Positions 1 through 9,572 of a stretch of DNA of 64,000 bases are shown piece by piece. The position numbers and the translations under genes were made by a program. This stretch comes from Candidatus Sumerlaeota bacterium. GTDB lineage: Bacteria > Sumerlaeota > Sumerlaeia > JADFCW01. Location: assembly GCA_017161705.1 (NCBI GenBank), contig JADFCW010000001.1, positions 4,521-68,520 on the forward strand, read 5' to 3'. The stretch's first letter is position 1. Each line of letters opens with the position of its first letter. A model generated the notes under the pieces. That model was not told the DNA's origin. It did not search any database and saw nothing but the letters and a program-made list of their open reading frames with translations.

Positions 1-231
1 TTGCCCGCGCGGCGCTCGATGTGGGAGCGGCCGCAGTTCGATAACGACTGGTATCGCACGTGGCGACAGGCCGCCGAGCGCGGCCGGCCGATGCCTCCGA
101 CGCCGCACTTCAACCATCTGGCCGACTCGGTTGCCGTGGCGTTGCAGGAAATCGTGTTGAAACAGGCCGATCCGGCCCAGACGCTCCAGCGCTATCAGGA
201 CGAGTTCAATCGGCGTTATGCGAAACCCTAA
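1..231 (+). CDS. Partial CDS, C-terminal end of a probable ABC transporter substrate-binding protein
   Basis: The open frame runs from the window edge. It overlaps the start of the downstream permease gene, which is typical of SBP-permease-permease operons. No diagnostic motif is present in this fragment. Confidence 0.4.
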   Translation: MPARRSMWERPQFDNDWYRTWRQAAERGRPMPPTPHFNHLADSVAVALQEIVLKQADPAQTLQRYQDEFNRRYAKP

Positions 232-1114
232 GCGCTCGCTTCCCGCCCGCGTTGTCGCCTCGCCGCAGTGGCTGTTTCTGCCGGCGCTGCTCTTTTTGGC
301 TTTGTTCTGGGTGGCGCCGATCGGCCCGGGCATCCTGATCAGCTGTCAGGAACCGGTAGCCGGGACCGCAATGCTGGAATGGGCGGGCCTCGCCAATTAT
401 CGCCTGCTTCTGACCGAGAAAACCTTTCGCACCAATGCCGCGTTGACACTTTGGTATTTGTTGGGTGTTGTAGGGTTTTCAACGCCGGTTGCCTATCTTG
501 CCGCGCTGGCCATTGCAGGGCGGAAACGAGGAACGGGGGCGATTCGTGCACTGTTTCTGCTGCCGTGGGTTGTGCCGCCGGTGGTCAGCGCGCTGATTTT
601 TCGCGGGCTGGCCGATCCGCAGGTCGGGCCGCTGGCCGCGTTCTATCAATGGCTTTCGGGCAATCCGGACCTGATCCCTCTCCATCATCCGTTCTGGGCC
701 ATGGTTCATGTGATCGTGCACAGTGTGTGGCGGTCGGTGCCCGTGCTGACGTTGTTTCTGGCGGCCGGACTGACAACCGTTCCCGACGAGCTGTACGAGG
801 CGGCGGAAGTGGATGGCGCGGGCGCCTGGCAGCGATTCCGCCTGATCACGCTGCCGCTGACGCGCTCGCACCTGGCCACCGGCCTATTGCTAATCAGCGC
901 TTTTACGCTGCAGGATGCGGAGACGATCTATGCGATGACCGGCGGGGGGCCGGGCCACGACACCGAGGTGCTGGCGGTGCGGCTGTTCCGCGAGGCTTTT
1001 GCGCAGGGCCAGCTCCACGTTGCGGCGGCCATCGGGACGCTCCTTCTTGCCGCGGGTGTTGCCCTCATGGCGTTTTATCTGATTCTGTTCCGACGCGCGG
1101 AATCTGCCTCATGA
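218..1114 (+). CDS. Sugar ABC transporter permease (MalF/UgpA-like inner-membrane component)
   Basis: Multiple TM segments. It carries the EAA-like loop typical of binding-protein-dependent permeases (TLPLTRSHLATGLLLISAFTLQDAETIYAMTGGGPG). Confidence 0.8.
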   Translation: MRNPKRSLPARVVASPQWLFLPALLFLALFWVAPIGPGILISCQEPVAGTAMLEWAGLANYRLLLTEKTFRTNAALTLWYLLGVVGFSTPVAYLAALAIAGRKRGTGAIRALFLLPWVVPPVVSALIFRGLADPQVGPLAAFYQWLSGNPDLIPLHHPFWAMVHVIVHSVWRSVPVLTLFLAAGLTTVPDELYEAAEVDGAGAWQRFRLITLPLTRSHLATGLLLISAFTLQDAETIYAMTGGGPGHDTEVLAVRLFREAFAQGQLHVAAAIGTLLLAAGVALMAFYLILFRRAESAS

Positions 1115-1905
1115 AACGGTTTGCGCAGGCAGCGGTGCTGACGGCTCTGGCGGCCTTTTGTTTGTTTCCCATTCTCTGGGGCGTGCGGACGAGTCTGTCG
1201 CCGCCGCTGGAAAAGTCTCTGTGGCCGGCTCGGCTGACCGTCGAGCACTACGAGAAAATCCTGTCTCGTGCGGATTTCTATCGTTACGCCCTCAACAGCC
1301 TGGTTTTGACCGCTGGCACGCTTCTGGTGGTCATCCCGCTGGCGCTGATGGCCGGTTATGCGCTGGCGCGCCACCGCTTCTGGGGCCGGCAAGCGGCCCC
1401 GGTGCTTCTGGCGCTGCCGCTACTGCCGACGGTTTCGTTTCTGGTGCCGATCGCCGGCTACCTGCACGTGATGGGCTTGTATGATACGCGCTGGGCGCTG
1501 GTTTTGGCCAACGCCGCGTTCGCGCTGCCGTTTGCCATCTGGATGGTGTGGAATTTTGTCCATGCTATCCCGCTGTCGCTCGAGGAGGCGGCCTTTCTGG
1601 ACGGCTGTTCGAGGCTGCAGGCGCTGGTGCGCGTGGTGCTGCCGGCCATGGCCCCCGGCGCCGCGGCCGCGGCGGTCTTTGTGGCCGTGCAGAGCTGGAG
1701 CAACTACCTGTTCGCCTTTGCGTTGACCAGCGACTCGCGCATCCGCGTTCTGCCGCATGCTATTGTCGAATACATCGGGCAATTCTCGACCGATCTGGGC
1801 GGCCTGACCGCCATTGGCACCCTCACACTGATCCCGCCGCTGGTCCTGTATCAACTTTTGCAAAAGTGGTTCATCGCCGGCATGTATGGCTCCAGCCGGC
1901 CGTAG
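1111..1905 (+). CDS. Sugar ABC transporter permease (MalG/UgpE-like)
   Basis: The ATG at 1111 overlaps the upstream stop as ATGA. The 264-aa multi-TM protein carries a permease signature (LEEAAFLDGCSRLQALVRVVLP). The long ORF 268..1905 is a read-through artefact. Confidence 0.8.
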   Translation: MKRFAQAAVLTALAAFCLFPILWGVRTSLSPPLEKSLWPARLTVEHYEKILSRADFYRYALNSLVLTAGTLLVVIPLALMAGYALARHRFWGRQAAPVLLALPLLPTVSFLVPIAGYLHVMGLYDTRWALVLANAAFALPFAIWMVWNFVHAIPLSLEEAAFLDGCSRLQALVRVVLPAMAPGAAAAAVFVAVQSWSNYLFAFALTSDSRIRVLPHAIVEYIGQFSTDLGGLTAIGTLTLIPPLVLYQLLQKWFIAGMYGSSRP

Positions 1906-1917
1906 CAGCGCGACAGC

Positions 1918-3207
1918 CTACGGGCGTTTTGCAATGGCCGCGTCAATCACGTTGCGCATGGAGGCCACGACGGTTTCCCAAGACCTTTCGGCGGCCAGCC
2001 GAACTCCGCGGTCGCGGCGTTCGGGCGGAAAGTCGCGCAGGGCGCGCTCGCACTGGGCGAGAAACTGTTCGGGCGTGTCGGCAAAATAGATGACGTCGCT
2101 GTAATGTTTCACCATGTCGGGGATGGGCGTGGAGACGACGGGCTTGCCCGAGGCGAAGTATTCCAGCGCCTTGGTGGGATTGATGTGAGCGGTCAGTTCG
2201 TTGAGTTTGAACGGCATCAAACATACATCGAAGCACGACAAATAACGCGGCAGGAGTTCGTAGCGGCGCGCGCCGGTGAATACCACATTGGGCGCGGAGA
2301 ACAGACGAAAGACGTTCGGGAAAATCGGTCCGATCATCACCAGATTCCAGTCCGGGCGCTCGCGGGCGATGAACTGGAGAAGATCGCTGTCGATGCGGTC
2401 GTCAATAGCGCCGAAGTAGCCGAGGGTGGCGGAGCCGCGCAGGTGGCGGAGGTCGTGAGGGCGGTCGCGGTGATAGAGGTTGCCGAAGTGCTCGACGTCC
2501 ACGCCGCAGGCGAAGAAATGGATGTTGCGTCCGGGAGCGCGTTTGCGCTCGAAGAGGGCATCGGTGCCGGCAAAAATGACATCGGCCTTGTCGAGCAGGA
2601 ACCGCTCTTTTTCGGCGGTATCGCGCGGCGCCCAGCAGAAATGGCTGTATTCGTCCTGAATGTCATAGACCACAGCGCGCTCGCCGAGACAGCCGGCCAG
2701 CCAGGCCTGCGAGGGGAAGTAGAACCACAGAACAATGGGGCCAAAGCCGAGACGCTGCATCCAATACCGGATGCGCGTTTCCAGCAGGAAACGGTTCAAT
2801 TGCTGGAAAAGCCGCGACTGGGTTTCGAACGGCAGCACAAACCATTCGGCGTGCCAGAGATTGGGCCGAACGCGTCGGAAGGAAAGCCGCCGCAGCGGCG
2901 CGTGTTTGAGGTGCGCGTCGAGCCGGACCGGATTGATATAGAGGACTTTCGACCGGCGCGATAGCCCCGACATCGTGTGATGATTCCGCTGCCAGATATG
3001 CTCCCAGTTCACGTGGCTGAGGCAGACCACATCCCACTGCGAGGGACCATCGGGTGCGGCGGGCGGCTGCGCGCGGCGTTCGCGGCGTTTCAGCAGGAGC
3101 CGCAGAAAACAGGTCTTGATCAACAGATAGAGGGCGATCGGCGGCATCAGAAACAGGAGCCGGATCGCCTGGAAGACGGAGATTTGGAATCGCAGATCGC
3201 GGGCCAT
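1918..3207 (-). CDS. Glycosyltransferase, GT1/GT4 (GT-B) family, with N-terminal membrane anchor
   Basis: The C-terminal half matches the GT4 pattern (PTKALEYFASGKPVV...). There is a hydrophobic N-terminus. Confidence 0.65.
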   Translation of the reverse strand: MARDLRFQISVFQAIRLLFLMPPIALYLLIKTCFLRLLLKRRERRAQPPAAPDGPSQWDVVCLSHVNWEHIWQRNHHTMSGLSRRSKVLYINPVRLDAHLKHAPLRRLSFRRVRPNLWHAEWFVLPFETQSRLFQQLNRFLLETRIRYWMQRLGFGPIVLWFYFPSQAWLAGCLGERAVVYDIQDEYSHFCWAPRDTAEKERFLLDKADVIFAGTDALFERKRAPGRNIHFFACGVDVEHFGNLYHRDRPHDLRHLRGSATLGYFGAIDDRIDSDLLQFIARERPDWNLVMIGPIFPNVFRLFSAPNVVFTGARRYELLPRYLSCFDVCLMPFKLNELTAHINPTKALEYFASGKPVVSTPIPDMVKHYSDVIYFADTPEQFLAQCERALRDFPPERRDRGVRLAAERSWETVVASMRNVIDAAIAKRP

Positions 3208-3216
3208 GATTTCACC

Positions 3217-4125
3217 TTACAGCACGACGGTGCCGTGGCGGAGCGAGCCGGCTATGCGGCCGGCGGTAAAGCAGGCAAAGCGCAATACGTCGAAGCCGTA
3301 GAATTTTCGCTCCCAGTCGTCATTGCCCGGCGGCAGCGGCCCTAGGAAGCGAACCACGGCCTTCCACCAGAGGCGATAGTGTTCACGGTCCAGAAACACA
3401 GGGCCAATTCCAAACCGCCGCCGGTGCTTTTGCAGCAGAAGCACGGAACCTTTTCCATAGCGATACATCCAGCGGCAAAAAGCGTTCATGGTCGGGCGAT
3501 GATGATGATAGACCACGGCCTCAGGCGCAAATGCAAAGCGGTATCCGCGATCGGCGATGCGCCAGCACAGGTCGGCATCCTCGCCGGAGACGGCAAAGCG
3601 GGGGTCGAAACCCCCGACGGCCTGGATCAGCTGTTTCGGGATCAATGCATTGGCTGTGATCAGAAACGGCGGCGACGTAGGGCGGTCGTCGAGAGCCACT
3701 TCCTGCGCCAGCAGCTCGCGCTCGCTGATATAGTATTGGATGGGCGTTTGCAGCCGGTAGGCGGCTAGATAGCCGCCGACGCCGCCGAGGTCGGGCTGGC
3801 GGTCGAACCGGGCCGTCAGGGCGGCGAGCCATGCGCGGTCGGCCACACAGTCGGCGTCGGTGAATACGGTCAATTCGCCGCGCGAGGACTCGACCCCCGC
3901 CTGACGGGCCGCCGCAACACCGCGGCGGGGTTCTTCGACCAGCCGGACCTCGAAGCTCTCGGCAATTTCTGCGGTTCGATCTGTCGAGCCGTTGTTGACC
4001 ACAATCACTTCATAGCCGTCGCGCGGGAGCGTTTGATCGAGAACCGACCGCAGGCAATCGGCGAGGCAGGATTCCGCTTGATAGGCCGGAATGATCACCG
4101 ACACACGAGGGGCAGGCGTTTGCAT
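3217..4125 (-). CDS. Glycosyltransferase family 2
   Basis: VSVIIPAYQ...DQTL...EVIVVNNGSTD...DADC motifs (GT-A fold, DxD). The start is probably Met31 of the track ORF. The upstream 30 codons overlap a DNA repeat array. Confidence 0.8.
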   Translation of the reverse strand: MQTPAPRVSVIIPAYQAESCLADCLRSVLDQTLPRDGYEVIVVNNGSTDRTAEIAESFEVRLVEEPRRGVAAARQAGVESSRGELTVFTDADCVADRAWLAALTARFDRQPDLGGVGGYLAAYRLQTPIQYYISERELLAQEVALDDRPTSPPFLITANALIPKQLIQAVGGFDPRFAVSGEDADLCWRIADRGYRFAFAPEAVVYHHHRPTMNAFCRWMYRYGKGSVLLLQKHRRRFGIGPVFLDREHYRLWWKAVVRFLGPLPPGNDDWERKFYGFDVLRFACFTAGRIAGSLRHGTVVL

Positions 4126-4148
4126 TGGCAGGAGGGCGGCGGGATGGG

Positions 4149-4191
4149 TGGACGACATGGACGGAGTGGACGCAATGGACAGAGTATGGAC
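4149..4191. repeat. 9-bp-periodic pentamer repeat array A (5 units of TGGAC)
   Basis: gTGGACgacaTGGACggagTGGACgcaaTGGACagagtaTGGACa, with spacings 9, 9, 9, 11. Confidence 0.55.
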
Positions 4192-4236
4192 ACGCCTGCG
4201 GATGACCACCGGCAACTAATCCGTTTTAATGCCGCA

Positions 4237-4851
4237 TTACAGTTCGCTGCCGGCAGCGGGCGGTTTACGGCCAGCAGCGATTTCGGGGCGGGGAGCCGAC
4301 TCGCGCGTCGGCGGCTCCGGCGGCGGCCGCCGCTCGACCGCCGGCCGCGGCGCGCCGGAGTTATCGGATGTTTTTTCCCGCACACCCATGAGGCAGCGAC
4401 CCTCGATCTTGGCGCCGCCTTCGATGATCAGGCCGCCCGATGCGGTCTGAAAATCGCCGTGAATTTCGCCCGTGGCCTGGATTTCGAGCCGCTCATGGGC
4501 AACGACGCTGCCAAAGACCTTGCCGCTGACAGCCACCGTGCGCGCGGTGATCGGGCCTTTGACGGAGCCCGTTTGGCCGACGACGACGGCATCTTCGGCA
4601 AGGATTTCGCCTTCGACCCTGCCGTCAATGCGCAGGGTGCCTTTGGAAATAATCTTGCCGCCGATGAAGCTGGTGTCTTCCCCGATGATGGACTCGACGG
4701 CGCCGGCATTGAGGCGCCGGGCGGGCGATTCCGCACGGGCGGGCGAAGGCGTCGGCTCGCTCATAGTTTTTTTCTCCATTCGCGCAGGTTCGGCGCCGGC
4801 CGACGGTCCGGTAGGCGCCATGATCTTGTCGGGAATTTTTCGTCCAAACAT
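4237..4851 (-). CDS. Bactofilin (CcmA-like polymer-forming cytoskeletal protein)
   Basis: Beta-helical repeat pattern (IGGKIISKGTLRIDGRVEGEI...VVVGQTGSVKGPITARTVAVSGKVFGSVVAHERLEIQATGEIHGD) with Pro/Ala-rich tails. Start chosen at MFGRK. Confidence 0.75.
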   Translation of the reverse strand: MFGRKIPDKIMAPTGPSAGAEPARMEKKTMSEPTPSPARAESPARRLNAGAVESIIGEDTSFIGGKIISKGTLRIDGRVEGEILAEDAVVVGQTGSVKGPITARTVAVSGKVFGSVVAHERLEIQATGEIHGDFQTASGGLIIEGGAKIEGRCLMGVREKTSDNSGAPRPAVERRPPPEPPTRESAPRPEIAAGRKPPAAGSEL

Positions 4852-5114
4852 TTGTGTCACTCCCTCTTGCCGTGATACTGGGCACACCGCCTAGGAATAA
4901 CCGCGCGAGGGCTTTTCCGACGCGCATTCTGCGAGCACTTCTGCTGGCAATTCACACCCGGCCACGGTGCGCGCCAAAGGGGCTGCGTGTCAACAGATTC
5001 CTGTCTTTCGATCGAAGAATTCCGTTCGCAGAATTTTGAGTTTTGGAGTGAAAACCGTGCCGCATCGTCCTTCTTTTGCTCCGCGGCACCGGGAAAATTT
5101 CCAAAACCTTAATC

Positions 5115-5732
5115 CTATCGTCCTTCTTCTACAGTCGGCAGTTTCGGGCGCATCTCTTTGCGTTTGGCGGTCCAGATCGTGCGTCCGGCGGCATCCCGGC
5201 TTTGCCGAACCTCGATTTCATCTGGCGGCTGCGGCTTGAGAGCCGGACGTTCGCCCTCGGCAAAGCTGAGTTCTCCGCCGGTGTCTGAATCCGTTTCTAT
5301 CAGCGCGGGCCGATAGCGAATGGCCTTGCCCCGCAGGAAGTAAAGGTCCGTCCAGCCCTGACGATAGGAGCGGAACGGCGTTTGGGGGTCGAGAACAAAG
5401 TTGCGGTCGGGCGCAATCAGCATGGACACATGGATGACGGCATCGGCGCCGATGCGGCGCGCGCGCTCGCGCAGATCGTTCACGAGCGTTTTTTGCGTCT
5501 CCGAGGTCAGCGCCTCCACCTTGATGGAGTCAAGGATCGCAATTTCTTCGTAGGGCGTGAGGACATCGCCTTGATACAGTTCGATCTGCTGGAAAGGCGG
5601 CGTGGGCGGATAGGTGCGGTCGGTGAGCATTTTCATGCGGGGCTGGCAGCCGGAGGAAAACAGTATGACCAGAAGCGCGGCCGACGCCGCCAGGTTAAAG
5701 CGGGCGATGCAAGAGTTACGGATGACGCTCAT
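5115..5732 (-). CDS. Hypothetical lipoprotein
   Basis: Signal peptide with a lipobox-like LFSSGC. No recognisable domain. Confidence 0.45.
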   Translation of the reverse strand: MSVIRNSCIARFNLAASAALLVILFSSGCQPRMKMLTDRTYPPTPPFQQIELYQGDVLTPYEEIAILDSIKVEALTSETQKTLVNDLRERARRIGADAVIHVSMLIAPDRNFVLDPQTPFRSYRQGWTDLYFLRGKAIRYRPALIETDSDTGGELSFAEGERPALKPQPPDEIEVRQSRDAAGRTIWTAKRKEMRPKLPTVEEGR

Positions 5733-6028
5733 GCTGAGTTGCCTCGATTCCCAAAAGTACGCCCGATGGAGAAAATACACTTCCGACCCAACCAATTTGA
5801 TTTCATAAGGGCAGAGACAGTCTCCTGTCAATCGCCTTTATCGAAGCAGAAGTGTCGGTTGGATCTATTGGGATGGAATTGCCCGCGTTGGGGGAGTTTC
5901 TATTGACATACAGTCGGAAGCCGACACAAAACTTTCGGATGTGGCCGGCGGGAAAATGAACTCGACACAGCAAACCCGCTCACTGCTATTTTGCGCGACC
6001 ACACCCCCGGCACGGTGCGGTACTTTCG

Positions 6029-7837
6029 ATGTATGAGAAGTTCTACGGTCTGAAAGAGCCTCCCTTCAGTCTGACACCTGACCCGCGTCTGCTGTATCTG
6101 AGCAGCCATCATCGCGAGGCGCGCGAAGTGTTGCTCTATGGCATCCGCGAGCGAAGGGGCTTCATCCTCCTGACCGGCGAGATTGGCTCGGGCAAGACCA
6201 CGCTGAGCCGCGCACTGGTCAACGACCTCGAAGACGCCCAAACCGACGTGGCCCTCATTCTTAATCCCTATCTGAACGAGATCGAGATTCTTCAGGCCAT
6301 CAATGAGGAATTGGAGATAGAGGCGGCTTCGACCAGCCGAAAGACCCTCATAGATTCGCTGAATCGCTATTTGCTCGACCGCTACCAGCGCGGGCGCAAT
6401 GTGGCGCTTATTCTCGACGAAGCCCAAAACCTTGCCGAGTCGGTCCTCGAGCAAATCCGCCTATTGGGCAATCTGGAAACCGACCAGCAGAAACTCATCC
6501 AGGTCGTGTTGATCGGACAGCCGGAGCTGCAGGTCACGCTGCAGGGGCCGCGTCTGGAACAGCTCAATCAGCGCATCGCCGTGCGCTATCATTTGCGTCC
6601 GCTGGAACCCGATGAGATCGAGCCGTATATTCATCATCGGCTGCGCGCGGCGGGATTGTCCGTCGTGTTGGAATTCACCCCGCGCGCGGTGCGGATGATC
6701 TATGAGTTAACCGGCGGCGTGCCGCGCAAGATCAATCTCCTGTGCGACCGAGCCCTTATGGCCGGTTACGTGGCCAGCACGCGCACCATAGATGACGCAA
6801 TCATTCGGACGGCGGCCATGGACATCGGTGCGCCGCAGACGGCCGCGGCCGCGGCGAGTCCGGCCGGGCGCGCACGTCGGCGACCGCCCCGATGGGTCTA
6901 TGCGGCGGCGATCTTCGGGGTTCTGGCGGCAGGCCTTTTCTCCCTGGCCCCGCGCGATGAGGGGCCTGCGCTTTGGGCACGATGGATAGGACATTTTTCC
7001 CGCAATCCGGCCGATTCCGGGCGGCCGGTCGAACCGCCGGCCTCGCCGCAACGAATGGTCTCCGCGTCGCCGGCCCCGCCGCCTGGAACCGTCGAGGTGC
7101 GCGTGGTGCCCGGCGCGGACGGCTCAACGGTGCCCGTTTTTCGCCTTGCAACGCCGCGGCCTGCCGAGCCGTGGACCTATGACGCCGACCGGGTAGTGCG
7201 AATTGCGCAGCCGGAATTCAACCGCACCGCGACGGTGCTAACGCTTTTGGGTGCATGGGGAATCGAGGTGCGGCTGGAGGATTTCCGCGCGCTGTCGCCG
7301 GCCGATGCGCCGCGTCTGGACATTGTTGCCGCCAACCGCGACATGGGGCTGCGAGAGGTCGAGATCCATGGCGGTCTGGCGCGCGCCCTGGTTTACGACC
7401 TACCGCTGACGGTCGAGGTCGCCGATCCGGAAAAACGGCTTTCCCGTTATGTCGCGCTGTTGCGGGTGACGTCGGATACCTGCACAGTGGCGGATCCGCG
7501 GGCCGGAATCCAGCAGGTGCCGCGCGTGTGGATGGAGTCGTTTTGGCGCCGCGCCTGGGTAGTCTATTTCGATCCGGACGGTCTTGACATTCTCACGCAG
7601 GGGGCACGCTCCGAGGCCGTTCGTGTTCTCCAGCAGGCCCTCCGGGATCTGGGACACTACACGGCGGCACCCAACGGTGAATTCGACGAGGCCACCGGCA
7701 AGGCAATCGGCGCCCTGCAAACGCGTTTCGGCCTGCCCGCTACCGGCCGCTTGGACCCCCTGACGGTTATGCTGATCGCTTCGCATCGCCATAGCGACCG
7801 GCCGCGTCTGACAGCCGGCGGGGAGGCGCCGAAATGA
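6029..7837 (+). CDS. gspA: ExeA/GspA-like AAA+ ATPase with C-terminal peptidoglycan-binding domain
   Basis: N-terminal AAA_22-type P-loop (LTGEIGSGKTTL), a central TM segment, and a C-terminal PG_binding_1-like motif (LQQALRDLGHYTAAPNGEFDEATGKAIGALQTRFGLPATGRLD). Confidence 0.75.
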   Translation: MYEKFYGLKEPPFSLTPDPRLLYLSSHHREAREVLLYGIRERRGFILLTGEIGSGKTTLSRALVNDLEDAQTDVALILNPYLNEIEILQAINEELEIEAASTSRKTLIDSLNRYLLDRYQRGRNVALILDEAQNLAESVLEQIRLLGNLETDQQKLIQVVLIGQPELQVTLQGPRLEQLNQRIAVRYHLRPLEPDEIEPYIHHRLRAAGLSVVLEFTPRAVRMIYELTGGVPRKINLLCDRALMAGYVASTRTIDDAIIRTAAMDIGAPQTAAAAASPAGRARRRPPRWVYAAAIFGVLAAGLFSLAPRDEGPALWARWIGHFSRNPADSGRPVEPPASPQRMVSASPAPPPGTVEVRVVPGADGSTVPVFRLATPRPAEPWTYDADRVVRIAQPEFNRTATVLTLLGAWGIEVRLEDFRALSPADAPRLDIVAANRDMGLREVEIHGGLARALVYDLPLTVEVADPEKRLSRYVALLRVTSDTCTVADPRAGIQQVPRVWMESFWRRAWVVYFDPDGLDILTQGARSEAVRVLQQALRDLGHYTAAPNGEFDEATGKAIGALQTRFGLPATGRLDPLTVMLIASHRHSDRPRLTAGGEAPK

Positions 7838-8511
7838 GCCTGATCCTCAAGGCGCTTCGCAAGCAGCGACGCGAGCACTTGGCCGAAACCGACCCGGATT
7901 TTTTGGCGGAGGTCCGCTCAGAGGACGGCGCCCCGCGTCCCGCGCGGCTCGTTCGCCGATGGCAATTCATTCCTCTTGCGGGAATTGTTTTGCTGCTTGC
8001 CGCGGGGGGAACCACCATGATCGCGCTGTTTTTATTGAACCGCGCCGGCCGTCAGGGGGAGGGCGAAAGCGCGGCGCTGCCCGCTGCGATTCCTGTCACT
8101 ACGCCGATTCCGAGCGCCACGCCGCTGGCGCCGGTGCGTGAATCGGTTCGTCTCCGCGCGCAACCGCTTCTTCGAACCCCCGCCCCGATCGAACTGCCGG
8201 CGACGTCGCTTCCGGCGGTTGCTGCGGCAACCCCAAAAGCGGCCGCAAGAAAAAGTCCAACCGTTTCCGCCAAGGCTGTAGCGAAAAAGACTGCAGACGC
8301 CGGTGCCGCGGAAACACCGGAACGCGATATCCGCGAGATTCTTACCCTCTCCGGTGTGATGCTAACGCCGCCGCCGGCCGCCGCCCTGATCAATGACGAG
8401 CTGGTTCATGTCGGCGACGTCATTGAAGGAGCCAGGGTCTTGGCCATTGACAGCGCGGATAGCGTGCGAGTGGAATACAAGGGTCGGGTGTATGTGATCG
8501 GAATCAAGTAG
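7834..8511 (+). CDS. gspB: GspB/ExeB-like secretion-system assembly protein
   Basis: The N-terminus MSLILKALRKQRRE resembles the T2SSB family start MSYILDALRKAE. It has one TM and a Pro/Ala-rich periplasmic linker. Its start overlaps the gspA stop. Confidence 0.55.
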   Translation: MSLILKALRKQRREHLAETDPDFLAEVRSEDGAPRPARLVRRWQFIPLAGIVLLLAAGGTTMIALFLLNRAGRQGEGESAALPAAIPVTTPIPSATPLAPVRESVRLRAQPLLRTPAPIELPATSLPAVAAATPKAAARKSPTVSAKAVAKKTADAGAAETPERDIREILTLSGVMLTPPPAAALINDELVHVGDVIEGARVLAIDSADSVRVEYKGRVYVIGIK

Positions 8512-8522
8512 CCGCCTCGTTT

Positions 8523-9530
8523 TTGTCGCCTATGAAGGAAGCCCTTCGCAACATTTCCGCATTTTTCCGCTGGATCGCCGAGTTTTACCGCACATGGTTT
8601 TTGCCCTATCACTACGACGGCGACGATGAAGACGTGGAGGAGGAGAAAACCGACGTGGCTGCGGCGGCCACCGACGTAGCCCCGGATCGCTCGCCCAAAC
8701 CCAGCCCCCCGGAGCCTGCGCCGACGGCAGAGCAGACATCTGCTCCGGAAACGCCTCCTGCGGAAACCCAACCCGCCGCCGAAAGTTCGACCGAGGCCGA
8801 AAACGATTGCGATCGGCTTGTCCAGGCTATGGCGCTTCGCGGCAATGTCTCCAAGCGAGCGCTGGCGGCTGTTTTGGGCGAGCCGCCGGAAAAAATTGCG
8901 GATATTCTCAAACGGTTGATCGAGACCCAGAAAGTCGCCGACCTTGGCGGCGACCGCTATGTCCTTGCGGGCAGCGAGCGAAAATCCGTGCTGCGCGCCG
9001 ATGCCAAAATCGCCGAATGGCTGGCGCGTTTTCAGAATGCCGACCTGGAGAATCGGGTGCTCGATGCAATCGGCCGTCTCTGTCCCGAACTGCCCCTGCG
9101 GCTTCATATGGGGAAGGACCTGTTTTTCCAATTGCGGCATCGCCCATGGATGGTCTGGCAGAGCACCCGCAAAGGCTGTCGGGTTCGCTTGTATGGCACA
9201 CTGAACCCGGATCAATGGCGTGCCGTCCAACAGGCCGACCGTCGTGCGCGGCAGATTCGACAAGCAGGCTTCCATCCCTACAGGGAACGGGACTGCACGT
9301 TGTTTCTCTGGCGCTCGGAGGAACAGTTCGGCAAGATCGCGGCATTTCTGCCGGAAGCGGGCCGTGAATTTCTCCGGCAGACCAAACAGCGCCGCGCCGC
9401 GAAATCCGATGCCCAAGACGTGGAAGAGTCCGCGGAGCCCGCAAAGACGGAGGCCAGCAGCGCCGAGACGCCCGAGGCGCCGCCGCTGTCCAATCCGGCG
9501 GATGAGGCGCTCGATCGCGCGGAAGGTTAG
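8523..9530 (+). CDS. Hypothetical protein with acidic low-complexity linker
   Basis: Coherent 335-aa ORF directly downstream of gspB. No identifiable domain. The antisense 901-aa ORF is spurious. Confidence 0.4.
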   Translation: MSPMKEALRNISAFFRWIAEFYRTWFLPYHYDGDDEDVEEEKTDVAAAATDVAPDRSPKPSPPEPAPTAEQTSAPETPPAETQPAAESSTEAENDCDRLVQAMALRGNVSKRALAAVLGEPPEKIADILKRLIETQKVADLGGDRYVLAGSERKSVLRADAKIAEWLARFQNADLENRVLDAIGRLCPELPLRLHMGKDLFFQLRHRPWMVWQSTRKGCRVRLYGTLNPDQWRAVQQADRRARQIRQAGFHPYRERDCTLFLWRSEEQFGKIAAFLPEAGREFLRQTKQRRAAKSDAQDVEESAEPAKTEASSAETPEAPPLSNPADEALDRAEG

Positions 9531-9572
9531 CCGCGCATCCAGGGTCGGGGCCGTCTGACGAGAAAGCGTTTC

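Noticed and set aside
268-1905. 545-aa plus-strand ORF spanning both permease genes
   Set aside because: Its first half is the out-of-frame overlap of permease 1 (Arg/Gly-rich nonsense). The genuine gene starts at the ATG at 1111.
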